DNA from: Basidiobolus meristosporus CBS 931.73
Lineage: Eukaryota > Fungi > Basidiobolomycota
Direction of reading: 5' to 3'
DNA length: 60,027 nt
Assembly: GCA_002104905.1 (NCBI GenBank)
Contig: MCFE01000545.1
Span: 1-60,027 of the forward strand
Shown here: positions 1 to 14,857 of the stretch, in pieces
Layout of the letters: the number at the start of each line of letters is the position of its first letter
Position numbering within the stretch: position 1 is the first letter of the stretch
Notes under the pieces: generated by a model
What the model was told of the DNA's origin: nothing
Databases searched by the model: none
What the model saw: the letters and a program-made list of their open reading frames with translations, nothing else
Program-made: the position numbers and the translations under genes

Positions 1-112
1 ACCACGTCCTCACGAGGGTTGATGTGGACTTTCCGAGTACCGAAGCAGCTCGTAAGCGCAAACGTGGTTGGGAATAAGGTGAACCAATTACTGCTGCCGG
101 TTCTATGACGCC

Positions 113-3100
113 TCATTGATATGAGTAGATAGGAAATGCTTGGCCAAATTGAACTTGGCTTTCAACTCTTCCGTTGGAGGGCTGATGGGGGTCTGACCGT
201 CGTAGTAGATATACCTAAAGAGTTGATTAAGGATACAAAGGCTGACGTAGACTTGTTTCTGAGAATCCAAGACTCATGTAAAAGGATACGGTAATCGTAG
301 TACGACAACGCTCTCTTTAGGCAATACAAATCCCTCCTTGTCACAGAGAGGTATAGTAACAGTATGCTCGTCCAATTCGATCTGGCAGAGAAACTGGTTA
401 GAAACAAGCTCACGTGTGGGTGCTGGAAGTGACCATGCTACCTTAACGGATGGTGATAATACACAGCTGATGGGTGCGCCTGGCGTAACAATGATAATCC
501 GCTGTAGTTGCGCATTAATAGGGGATCCATTGGTGGTGTTGCTGCACGGACAAGAAATGTATATCGGGAAGTCCTGCTCTATCAATGAATGGGCCTCTTC
601 CTACAAATACTATCGGTCAGATCTATACGTATAGGACCTCAGATAACTAGTATACCATCTCAGTGTGACCCAACTTGCACACACGCCCATTACCGCAACT
701 TAAAAAGCGATGACCCAAGGGGCACTCGTATTCGATTCCAAGGTATCCATTCGGCTTCAATCTTCCTTCACGCCCATACTTACCTGACCCACGACCTCGT
801 TTGCTCTTGCGAGAAGATCTGGGCTTATCGTCAAAGAGAGGCTTTTTGGAATGCTTCTCTTGATCCTTTCTATTTACATTATCTTCCTTTGAAGCAACAG
901 TGCCTAGAAGTGCCTTCAAGTAAATGAATCTGTGATATATATCAAGTACGATCCATAGAACTTACCGCTGGAGTTATTACGCTTGGATTCTGCATTTGAG
1001 GAATCAGTTGGGATGCACCATGGCATGAGAAAGTTGCAGCTACCAATAAAACCGTCCCATTTTTCCAACCCAAAGAGCGGTCTGTAAAAGTTGCTTGGAC
1101 CTATTCTAACTAGAGACCACATGGGAGAGTCTAGAGATTCGACTGGGAAGTCATAATTGATAACATCGTCGTTATTGCAACATTCAGGGATCCTGAAGAA
1201 CCCGTAATTAGCCTCCTGTACGCAGTATTTCAAGTTAGCAACTTCCAAGCCCATCCTTGATGAGAAAGTGAAAGGTACGAACTCGCAAAGAGAAAGGATC
1301 TTCTCTTACACGCCGGCTGCGGCCACAGTTGCAGGCATGTAACGCTTGAAAAGGAGATTTGTGCTTTGCATCACGCCTACTTCCGCCTCTGGAAGTATCT
1401 TTTCCAGTTCCATGAATATTCTATTAAATGGAAATCTTAATCTATGTGTTGTGTTATCAGGCCATTTCGTCAGGTTGTTACGTACAGACAAGCCGCACTC
1501 ATGGCCAGTAAGACTCATGGCATCGCATTTTTGATGCCCGTTTTCCCAATACTTCAGACATTCTCTTCTCAATGCGTTAAGAAATTCATTCGAACAGGGC
1601 CCACGTGCCATGGAACGATAGATCTGTATTGCTTGGTTAAGCTGCGTGTACATCACCGACGGTTAGTGAGGTGGCTGACACGCATAGCAAGGGTTAAACG
1701 GACTCACTTTGTGCTCATGCAGTTGTTCGGTGTAATGAGGTGGGCATCCAGCGATGTACCAGTCTATGGATTTGTTCATTGCTTGTTTGCAATGACTACA
1801 TGGTAGAATGTTAACAATCGAAATGCATAAAGAGGCCGGATGGGTTTACCTTAGCGACACTTGACGGTCCAGCTCGATATATTCTTTAAGTCTACGATAA
1901 ACTACTTCCTCCACGGACTTCTTTCGGTCAGCATTGAACACAGGGATGAATATTTTTGCGAACAGAAAAGCGCTGGCGTTGATCCAGCTATCAATCTCAA
2001 GAACCTGCCGTGGGGATGCACCGATAAGGCGATTGGATACCGAATAAGGTGGTCATGTAGAAACCTACAGTATTTTCGGCGAAGTTTCGTTGATTTTTGT
2101 TTTTAAGCTCATAAGATTTCTTGGCCCATTCCAGGAGTTGGTTCCTCAAAGCGTTCACATGGCCGAAGTGAATATTCGGATGATCTTGTCCTGCCTCTTC
2201 CCAGGATGGCTTCTCAGTTTCAAAACCGCAGAAGTAGTGGCTCAATAGATCTGTGACGGGGTTGCTTTCAACTTTCCAGCTGGAAAAGTGAACGAAGCTA
2301 TAGCTCAACGAAGAAGGGGGTAGGAAAAACAACTGGCGCCTGATGAAACGGATTAGAGCTGACAAGCCTGGAAACGGTAAACAACGAAAGCCGACGTACC
2401 CATCATGTTTGTAAAGACGGTCGTAGTTTTCCATGCCACATGCACGAAACAAAAGTTGGATTCTAGATTCCAAATTTTGCTGGAATTGTGGAGTGGTAAT
2501 TGTTGAGGGTATCTGGTACATTACGTTGTAGTTAGAACTACGAAATGCAAGCATACGGATATGATGCTTACACCGTGAAAGACGAATGAAAGGACGGGGA
2601 CTTTTCGAATGAAATAGCTGAACCCTTGGCCGATCTCGACTTGTGAGCTATCAGCATCAGTGCCAAACAACTTCTCCTCCAAATGACCCAGAAGCGGGAA
2701 TATTTTTCGCTTCAACGCAGACAGCAATCGTAGGGTGGAGGTGATGGCTGTAGTTAGTAACCTTGAGTCGTTCAGAATCTGAACCGAGCTATATTAGTAG
2801 AGGATCCACAAGATTAATCCGAAGATAAGCTCAACATACCACAACTACGTCTGAAGTCAGAAAAGTAAACAGGAGAGTGCGGAAATTTTGGTGTTCTAGC
2901 AAGGAGAGTATATCCTATTCACAGCATGAGTAATTTGCCTTTTATGTTTTCTCAGGAGGGCCAGCTACCTTCTCAACCATTGAATTGTCTTTAACACCCG
3001 CTAGAGGCGATAGATCTTGAGCTGTCAAGTTGAGGGTTATACTCAGATACATGATGCAGTCGCTTGCATCACAATAAACTTTAAGTCGCTCCTAGTGGAA

Positions 3101-3386
3101 CGTAAGTAATTAATCAATTACGCGTATTCTACTTGATCCAAACACTCTACCAAATCTGGCGGGGATCTTTGCTGAGAATCCTGGTTGATGGGATTATCTT
3201 CCTGGTAATAACAAAAATAACAAAGGTGTTTAGCCTGGTGTGACCCAAACCATCAAGAAAACCAGCAATTTACCGCCTCAGTGCCTTGTAGAAGTCTTAA
3301 AACGCTATTTGACGTGTCTCGAAAAGGGGTGCTTGTGAAATCAACGATCGCAATAACAGTGTATCTTGCATCCAAAGGAATTCCAT
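113..3386 (-). CDS. SMG8: Nonsense-mediated decay factor SMG8-like, multi-exon (5' end approximate)
   Basis: Exons carry SMG8-family motifs: QKCDAMSLTGHEC, WSLVRIGPSNFY...GFIGSCNFLMPW, GIEYECPLGHRF, FPIYISCPC...AQLQRIIIVTP, VLRLPYIY. The last exon is spliced to a TGA at 113-115. Start codon uncertain. Confidence 0.75.
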
Positions 3387-3929
3387 TTTGGCGTATGAAT
3401 TCTAATTAAAGCCTTGAATGAAATGACCGCAAATGGAATTGACACGTTACTCCGCCTCACCTTTGAACCATTCACGATAAGCTTGCTCTGGGTTTTTTTT
3501 CTCCTCTGCGTTGTTATCGTTCGGTTCGGAATCCATGACTGTATGGAGTATACTTGACATTCGGCTATTATTTGGTCTTGTATTTTATCAAATTTGAAAT
3601 TATGTATATATGTATATAGTAAAGCTGGTGAGGAATTCAACCATTAAACTAACTCAACAATGGTATACTCTATAAGCGCTTCGGGGAAAATTATCCGATT
3701 TTCAAGAGCATTGGCTCATATTCCAGTTTCGGTTATTATTATATTTACCATGGCCTCCTTGGTACCAGATCTTGGAGATTAATGCAACTTGATAATTCTC
3801 TTACACAATACAGCATTCAATTCATATTAAGCTCCAATCGATAGTCCCAGGTTCGAATCTTGTTGCATCTAGATATCTGCACAGGCCATAAAATTGTGAG
3901 CGCCTCTAAAGTCGAATATATCTTTATCT

Positions 3930-6153
3930 ATGTCTGGTGAACCGAAAAAGAGAATCTCCTACTTTTACGACGGTAGGTACTATAAGGCATTTTCTTCTTC
4001 ATCATACTGAATCCGCTTGACTTGTCTAGCAAATATTGGTCACTATCATTATGGCCCTGGACATCCAATGAAACCGCACAGAATCCGCCTGACACATACG
4101 CTTTGCATGAACTATGGGTTATATAATAAACTTGACGTTTATGTATCCTTGGAACGTTTTTTCTAGTCAGCGTCAATGTCATTTAGTTCGTTCACTCCTC
4201 CTTAACAATTTTTTAGCGTGCTAGACCTGGTACTAGGGAAGAAATGATGCAGTTTCATACCGAAGAATACATCGATTTTCTACAGAGAGTGACCCCCGAA
4301 ACAGTTGACCAATTCGTCAAAGAGCAAGTAAAATGTAGCATTTACAAAGTGTGAACGCAACTTAAGAGAGGTATCTAAGTATCATACAAAAGTTAACGTA
4401 GGTGACGATTGCCCAGTTTTTGATGGCCTTTTTGAATATTGTACCATCTCCTCTGGCGGCTCGCTAGGTATCCAATCCTTGAATTTGTGGTCTATCTATA
4501 TTGTGTTTGACATGTATGCTTACTGCGTAGAAAGCGCGGCAAGACTGAACAGAAACCTCTCCGATATCTGTATCAATTGGTCTGGAGGCTTGCATCACGC
4601 AAAGAAATCGGAAGCAAGTGGGTTTTGTTATGTCAACGACATTGTTTTGGCTATTATCGAGCTATTGAGGTATGCAACTCAAGCTAATACCTACATTTGG
4701 TATTCAAACATCGTTTTGTTGTAGATACCACCCAAGGGTTGTTTACATTGATATTGATGTTCATCATGGCGATGGCGTGGAGGAAGCTTTCTACGCCACT
4801 GATAGAGTAATGACGGTGAGCTTTCACAAGTACGGTGAATACTTTCCTGGCACTGGTGAGCTTCGGGTAGGTGGTCGAATGAAGTTCATTGGCCTTGAGG
4901 TCTATTAAGTGTAGCGTCCAATTTTAGGACATTGGCGTTGGTAAAGGCAAATATTATGCAGTCAACTTCCCGCTTAGAGATGGCATCGATGATGAGAGCT
5001 ATCAAAGTGTCTTCGAGCCGGTATGCAATAGTTCATTCACATGAAATATCCATCATTTTTCGTATCTGATTAGAGCCCGGCTGTAGGTAGTAAAACATGT
5101 GATTGACTGGTATCAACCTTCAGCGATTGTACTGCAGTGTGGAGCAGATTCTTTGTCAGGAGATAAACTTGGATGCTTCAATTTATCCCTCAAAGGTTGG
5201 CCATTTTTCTGCGTGCGAGCCCAGTTCGACCAAATCTGACATTCTATGTACAAGGGCATGCTAATTGCGTGAAGTTTGTGAAAAGCTTCAACTTGCCTAC
5301 CTTAGTACTCGGTGGCGGCGGCTATACAGTCCGGAATGTTTCAAGAGCTTGGGCCTATGAAACAGGAATTGTTGTAGGACAGGACTTGGCTGAAGGCAAG
5401 GGTGGCTCAAATCAAAAGTCAAGTGGTAGCAGGACTAACTATCTCCGCAGATATTCCTCCAAACGAGTATATGGAGTACTTTGGGCCAGATTACAAACTC
5501 GAAGTTAAACCAAGCAATATGCAAAATTTCAACACCAGAGAGTATCTTGAAAAAATCAAGTAAGCAGACAATAGTGAAGCGCATGGATGAATCGGTCTCA
5601 TCAGTGTTATAGAGTTCAGGTTATTGAAAACTTGTCTCGCACCAAGTTTGCACCAAGCGTCCAGATGCAAGGTAAGTAAAATACCCTTTGTAACTGCTGC
5701 TATAATCCAGTAGCCGAGTCATATTTACATCCTGAGCAGAGCGGCCGACCGTATATTATCAGTCTGATGATGAGGATGAGGAAGATCCAAATGAGCGGGT
5801 GACACGTAAGATATATGTTTGAGTGGGTGAATGCTTGTATGCAGATGGCTAACTAGAGCTTTGCTGCAGAGAAGATGCGAGACAAATACGTCGCTCCTGA
5901 TGGAGAGCTTTCTGATTCTGAAGATGAAGGTGATGACCGTCGAAATCAACAAAATTACAATGATGAATATCCAAGAACATTGAGAAGGACCCGGATGAGA
6001 CTCAATCCTACCCCTAGCTCGAAAGCGTCATCTCCTAAGGAAGATACAGAAATGCCGTTTGCAACTGAGAGCCCTACCAAATCTACAGGTATTCCTGATC
6101 AAGCCTTGCGAATTGAGAGATTTGCTAACATTTCAACCAAGACGATAGAGTGA
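3930..6153 (+). CDS. RPD3: Class I histone deacetylase Rpd3/HDAC1, multi-exon
   Basis: [14 protein letters not shown] start; [74 protein letters not shown]; acidic SDSEDEGD tail. Confidence 0.95.
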
Positions 6154-6455
6154 TAGCCGATAACCCAGAGGCCAGCCTTACAGACAATGGGGAAAGTAAG
6201 CCAGATGACCCTATGAGTCTGTAAATTCCAGATTGGTCTAGGCACACTTCACTATTGGTATAACCCTTACGCAACTGAACATAGATAAAGCTCCATCTTC
6301 CTATACCACACGCATATCCAATAACTGGGTTTAGCAGCAGGGGTAACAGTGGGAATGAGTGTTAATTTATTATACATAAGGTTGTTATGAACAGAGCTGT
6401 CAAGTCTATTGGAACCAGCTGATAATCATACCAAGTCGGGTTATTAGAGTCTAAG

Positions 6456-8174
6456 CTAGACGGCGTTGGAGGTTTTCACAGTTCTTGGTTTCAATTTTAA
6501 TAGGCTTCGTTTGTCTTTAACGCCCCGCTTATCTGATGGTGAGCTAATGGAAACGGTCTTTGGAGCGGTCGCTCCAAAGTAAGATGAAGTGGCCTCACCT
6601 CGCCCTTGTACCAAAGGATCTTTTTTGAGCGAATCAGCAGGCTTTAATGACCTATCAGTAGACACTTTATCAATAATCTCAGCAGTATGTGCATTAGATT
6701 TGACATCCACTCTACATTCCGGGTTTTCGGGTGGTTTAGCGCACTGCTCTTCGTCGGAGGAATCAATCAGTTCAATGATTTCTAATGGGCCAGTGTGCTG
6801 CTTAGTTTGATTGGCTACAGCAGGCTCACACTTTTGAATGCTAGAGCCTAATCTAGACTTGTGCTGTTTCGGTTCCTTCTTTTCGGAAGGGATGGTTGTT
6901 TGCAATTTAGCAAGCTTTATAGCAGGGCCACTGGATGTGGCGTTGTCAGTTGGAAACCTCTCTTTAGAGTTGCTCTGTTTGTCATTGATTTGTGGCTTGA
7001 CTTGTATATGAGATATGCTGTCGTCAGTGACCGTAGAAGGCTCATCATCTGAAGAATCAGATGCAATTATCGTACATTCGACCGTTGCTTTCAAATGTTC
7101 TTTTGTGTCATCTGATATTACTGGATCGTTTGTCAATCTCCGTTTCGTTGTCAATGAAAATGTCTTGGGTTTTTTCACAATACAGGATGTGGGAGTATCC
7201 TCCGAAGGGGGGTTTGTATGAATTGGCTCATTTCGGGGTCTTTTCTTCAGTAGATCGAAGAGGCTCCGTTTCCCCGCATCCTGAGCGTTAGAGCAAGATG
7301 TTTCCGGAGAAGCGGGTAATGCAGTCAAATTTCCATTGAGACTATCGTCCGCTTGCAATGTTGTACGTTCAATTGCTGATAAGCTTTGATCTGAATGCTG
7401 AGAGAATGGTGGTAAGAAATCATGACCATGATAACGATATTGAAGGCCGTACATTTTCAGGGTTAGACTCGGCTTTCTCACTAGCGTATGTCAATGTCCA
7501 TTTTCGGGCTTTTTTTAGGAACATCGAACGATTTTCGCTGTACTCTTTCGCCTAAACTCTTTAAAATAAATAAAGTGCATATTCACTTTTCCAGTCAAGC
7601 CTACTCACAACTTCGACCAGAAGCGGATCATCAGGATTTGGCTCCGACATAAGAACTAGCAAAGAAGTAAGCATGGTCGAGATATTGAGAGAAGGTTTCC
7701 AAGAACCCTAGGATCTAAAAATTGAGTATAGCTCGAAGCAATCTAAATGGCGGCGTGTACCTTTGGCGGCATCTTCAAGATATCTAGGCAGATTCGGCCT
7801 TGGTTGTCGATGTTTGGATGATATATGGGAGTCACAAACTGAGCTTTGGGTGGTTCGAAAGGGTATCTTGGCGTGAATGAGGCAAGAATCAGATAAGGAT
7901 TAAAAAATTGTGTATACGATCTTTGAGGTACCTTTCCGGTATTTTGACATCCACCTGGAATATACCATTTTCATATGGAGTTTCTTTAGGGCCTTTGATA
8001 CCTGTGAAAGAGAGGTTGAGCCCAGTGTATTTGAATCTAAGTGTATTGGTATTACTAACGTGCGGATAGACTATTGAGATTATCGTCTACGGGCCAACAC
8101 ATAATTCCAGGTGGTGGATCGCACCCTAACAACTCCAACTCTTTCTTCATTCGCATTACGAGTTGTTTGTTCAT
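6456..8174 (-). CDS. UBE2T: Ubiquitin-conjugating E2 of the UBE2T/FANCT type with a long low-complexity C-terminal extension
   Basis: Spliced exons read [24 protein letters not shown]..., [14 protein letters not shown]..., [54 protein letters not shown], ...[10 protein letters not shown], continuing into the 6456..7481 ORF. Confidence 0.85.
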
Positions 8175-8427
8175 TTGTCCGTTCACAATTCCAAAGCGAA
8201 CAGCAATGAATACAGTCTATATTTGTATCGAGTGAAAGATAAACATGATTCGAATAATACACCAATGATATGAGTGGAGCGTCGATCAACTTAGCATATA
8301 AATGCCGCAGCAAATCTTGCCAATTGGTAAATTATCCCACTATTTAGTGCAAGAGTGTTATGAAAGGGGAGGGGAGAGTTGCAACTCTCTGCAGTTACAA
8401 TATAATACGTTATCTATCTTATGAACA

Positions 8428-9408
8428 ATGAGTAGGAAGTTCAATCGTAAGGACTACAAAGAAGCATTGGGTCAAGGTCACCGTTGCATCATTCCCTCTA
8501 AAATACACAAGAGTTCACATTCTGCTCGAGACCTGTTGTTGAAAGGAGCACGAACCTTAGTGCTGACTTATGATGAGACGGAATTGCTTGATGCGACTTC
8601 GAATCGTGATATCCCACGAGGTATATTTAAATTATTGCCCCCACAATCTGTGCTGTTGAGCATTAAGATCTTTGTAGAATCATCTTTTTCACGACTCTAT
8701 TGTTTAAATGTCTGTAGTCAAGAAACTTTTGGAAAAAGGAACCAAGCCCACTTGCTTTGATGAGCGTCTCCGAACGCCCTTACATTTCGCTTGCGCCTCT
8801 GGTTGCATTGAATTGATAAATCTGTTGGTTGAGCGTGGTGCAAAGGTTAATTCACGAGACGTTAATGGGAGTACACCACTACTGTTAGGTAAGATAACCG
8901 CTCACTAAGGGTATTTGCTCAATGGAGACTCACCAGAGTTTAGCGGTGACTTCTGGAAAGTTAGAGTGTGTATCAACACTCCTAGCAGCTGGGGCGAATC
9001 TTGAGATAGCCGACACAAGGCAACGGACCCCGCTGAGTATGGCGAAATCCAGATTGCAATTTCTGAAACGACAAGTGGAGTTTGACTTGCCGCTCGATTA
9101 TGAAGAGATGGAGTCAACCAAAGCGCATCTTATCCATCAGATTTCTCAGGTAGATCTTCCCCGTTCTTATCGCTCAACAAACAGATCAACTGAACGTAGT
9201 TTAGATTATTCGGATCCTTCACTACTATGTAGCCGAATTGAAGCGTAAACCTACGGACGACGAGTCCATGGTGGTTGTTGAAGAAGAGAGCCTTAATGAA
9301 CTTGAGAATCGTCTGGTGAATCTCTCCGTGGGCGAGGCGGGTGAGAACAACGAGCGCAAGATTATGGACGAACTCTCGGCGTTAATGGGAAAGTTCGATC
9401 TGGCCTAG
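8428..9408 (+). CDS. Ankyrin-repeat protein, ANKRD54-like (start approximate)
   Basis: DERLRTPLHFACASG...RDVNGSTPLLLAVTSG...ADTRQRTPLSMAKSRLQFL ankyrin repeats; stop TAG at 9406-9408. Confidence 0.75.
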
Positions 9409-9588
9409 GCTCCGACATGTACATATAGATGATCGTGTGTGGACTTTCATCGATTGACGATGCACAGCCAAGATGCCTATGTCAACTCCATGAAGAATGA
9501 AATATCGCCAATGTGTCTATAGAAACCACTACATAAATCATTGTCAAGCGAGCGGTATTCCTTTCCATGGTTTATTTAGATCTACAGA

Positions 9589-11182
9589 CTAGCTCCCATC
9601 ATTGTGAGAAGTATGTTGGCCACCCGGGGTGCCAGGATGATGAGAGGCGGAGGTGGGATTAGATAGCAAGTCAACACCATTCTGACCTGGTGCTTCAGGA
9701 AAATTTGGCTGGATTTTTTGTGAATTCCCATCCAAGTATTGCTGCACTGGCTTGAGTGGCTTCGTGTCATTGTCTTTCACAACGGTAGATGCAATGGATG
9801 ATTTGATGGCACTGGCTAATGCAATCGCATCTGAGGAAGTCTCAATTTGAGCATCTTTAAGGCCGGGAATGGCGCTCTTGCCGCTAATTTCAGCATTCAC
9901 CACAGATTTGCTTGATATAGCCGCTTCGGACTCGAGTTCCACTTCCATCAGGTTTTCGGAAACAGACAAGATATCTGCCGTGGTTGAATTCGCAGGGCCA
10001 TGTGGCTCATTTTCGAGTTTAATGGGTGACTTTGACTGGTAAATGTCCTTAGATATGTTTCTAATGGATTTAGGAAAATATGGGAAATCCGGATGCTTGG
10101 CCTCCACTTCAAGTGCCAATCGCACTAGCTGACTGTGGGATAAGGATCTGAAATAGTCGAATTTCTGAGGGCAACAGTTAGTGGAAGTGTTTGTTAAGTG
10201 AAGCGCCCAGCCATGATTCACCTGATCTTCGGTAAGCCCATTGCCATCAACTTCGAGAGGAACATGGCGGGGTTTTCTGCCCGGCTTTTTCGGGGAAGGT
10301 GAAGAGATGGGCTCAGGTAATTTAGCCTTTGCTGGCTTTAGAGCACTGGTATGCCCCTCGCGTTTGATTGTTGGCTCAGCAGCCTCGGGCGGCAGAGATT
10401 CGAGCTCCTCGGTAATCTTTTTCAGGGAGCATTGTCTACAATACCATTTCGCCAGAGGCTCAGCAACCACAGACTTTGGGATTCGAGGGTCGTGACAGAT
10501 TTGATGAAAGCATACATTACACATGTAACAAATGACAATTCTGTTGTGTTTAGGCGAATCATCATAAAGACATATCGAGCATAGTATTCGACTCGGCCCT
10601 TCTTCATCGGAGGTGATAAAAGGACTATCGCTATCGTTTTCATCAGCCGCTCTGTCCTTTTCACCACGACCCCTGCCTCCACCTCTGCTTTTGCCTCTTC
10701 CCCTCCCTTTTCCTCTCGAACCCAATTCCCCACGCCCTCTACCTCTTCCACGGCCCCGTCCACGCCCGTGAGGTGCAGTGTGAACTGACAAGTGTTATTT
10801 CCAAGTGTTTTCAAAGTTTCACAAGAGCATACCTGCATCCCCATCGAAATCATAAATATCCTTCTGAGCCTTGGCCTCATTATGCGCAACTTCTACTTCA
10901 GAGTCATCGGCGTCCCGGTCATTCTTGGTCAGTTTCCTTCTTTTCTTGTTCTCTGATGGGGGATGTATGAAAGGTTAGAGAACGAGCAAGCAAAGCCAAA
11001 ACTTTTTTTAGACCTTTTGGTAGCTCAGCCTGGGTGTTGGATGGTTCGCACTCATCTATACCCCGGGGAACCTCGCTTTGGGCCGACTGATCACTGCCGA
11101 GACCATCAGTAGTTGCTTCTATACCCTCCGTTAAGGAGTCTTTGAGTAGAGTACCCTTCGCGGTTTTTACCCCGAGTACCAT
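9589..11182 (-). CDS. PHD-finger chromatin protein (Phf1/Phf2-like) with an N-terminal GRGR repeat
   Basis: CSICLYDDSPKHNRIVICYMCNVCFHQICHDP...WYCRQC is a C4HC3 PHD; a downstream YFRSL...LV...HPDFPYFP block and a GRGRGRG tract are present. The 10919..11182 ORF is the probable first exon. Confidence 0.7.
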
Positions 11183-11454
11183 TCTGACGACCAGTCAAGC
11201 ACAATGGACTGTGTTATTGACGTATTTAGGAAAAGCACTCTACCACGTCAATCAGGTATCGTGTGATCCCAATTGCCGAATTGCCCAATTGCCCAATTGA
11301 TAAATTATTATTGGTCTAAGCATATGCTTTATTGATAGTATTTTGATTGAACAAAACGACAGATTCAATGGAAATTTACCGGTTATTTCCGTTAAGGCAC
11401 AGGGACGGACGGATGGGCAGATCCATCGGTTGGATGATCACCAGCACTTGATAC

Positions 11455-12043
11455 TTAGGCAACCAAAGCGGAGGCAGTGGAGGATTCGCTAGTTAGTAAA
11501 GAATGCTGAATTAAGGTAGACCAATACCGAGCAAGAGAGGTTTCTTCTCGAACTCTGTGTACTGTCCAATAACTGGGCAAATGTGGACGTGCAAGATGTA
11601 AATGAACCACTAAAAGGATACTATTTCCAGTTGGGAGCAAGTTGACCGGCAGTCTTGTAGTAACGAGCCAAACGGTGGATTCTGGATTCGATGAGAATCA
11701 GACGGTACTTGGAGTCGGCATCCTTTCTGTTACGCTCCAAATGCTTGCGAACAGCAACAGCCTTCTTGATGAGGTGATACAAGTCTTCGGGGATCTCGGG
11801 AGCCAAACCGTTGCTCTTCAGGATACGAAGAACCTTGTTACCGGTGACAGATTTGACTTGGGGAACACCGTGGGCATCACGCAAGAGAACACCAATTTGA
11901 GAAGGAGTCATACCCTTCTTGGCAAGCTTGCAGATGTGCTCGCATACTTCCTCGGGGGTGGCCTTGACCCAAGAGGCGGGAGTACGGCGATAGGGGAGAG
12001 CTGAGGAAGCAATACCTTTTCCGGGAGTGTGCATACGACCCAT
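11455..12043 (-). CDS. RPS13: 40S ribosomal protein S13 (uS15)
   Basis: [18 protein letters not shown]...[19 protein letters not shown]; one intron near the 3' end, last exon [10 protein letters not shown]. Confidence 0.97.
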
Positions 12044-12293
12044 TTTGTCAGTGTCTTTATCGAAGAATACAGGTGTTCGTGGAAGAAAGAGTCCAGCCAC
12101 CAGCAAATTCAATTTATATCCGCCGAGTGCTGTCCTGGGCTCGATGAAAAAATTGCCTGATCTGATTTCTTTCCTCGAATTGCGGACTAATGAGCATCGG
12201 CAGTATTTTGCTATTAGGATTAGTGAACATTGGCAGTATTTTGCTATTTGGCATATCCGTTGCTCCTTGAAGACTGCCTCTTTATTTGGTGCA

Positions 12294-14288
<1,995 letters not shown>

Positions 14289-14857
14289 ACCGATCGCCGC
14301 ATCCCCGCTTCACATGTTAGATCCCTCCACTTGGGAAACTGGCCACGAACGCCTGTTAGTGATATCTACTTTGGAGAAGGCCAAAGCAGCCTGTCTTTAC
14401 AATTTCTGCATAGCATGTACCATCGCAGCCTGCATAGCATCAGGATATACAATTCAATAAAGTAGACGAACAACTGGAAATGCAACACCAAGATCAGGCT
14501 GGAAAAGGGTTGAAACAGTCTTGTCCCTCGACCAATAGGAGTTCCGATGCTCCCGCGACTGCACAATCGAGGCTGAGGTAGATTAGGAAGAGGCATAAAC
14601 AGGTTCAATCCGCGATGAATCATTAGCCGTGAAAAATGGCCACTCGATCTGAACCAAGGTTTATACGGTGGCGAGGGAGCACCTCGCTCCTGGCTTTCAT
14701 GAATATACCTTGTTGAGCTGACCGTCCAATTCCCCTTGGAAGACGTAGCTACTTCACGTGAGTTTTCGGAAGATACTGGTTAGACACTTGGCCTCTTCTC
14801 TGCTTTCCAAACCCATCGCTCCTCCCTTCCCTTCCCCTTCCCCCTCCCAGTAGGTTC

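Noticed and set aside
3780-3872. tRNA-like box B (GGTTCGAATC at 3850) with partial acceptor-stem complementarity
   Set aside because: No credible D arm or anticodon arm and mismatched stems. At most a tRNA/SINE relic.
11497-11622. Longer-than-usual RPS13 intron as a snoRNA host (vertebrate RPS13 hosts U14)
   Set aside because: No box C (RUGAUGA)/box D pair and no clear H/ACA structure.
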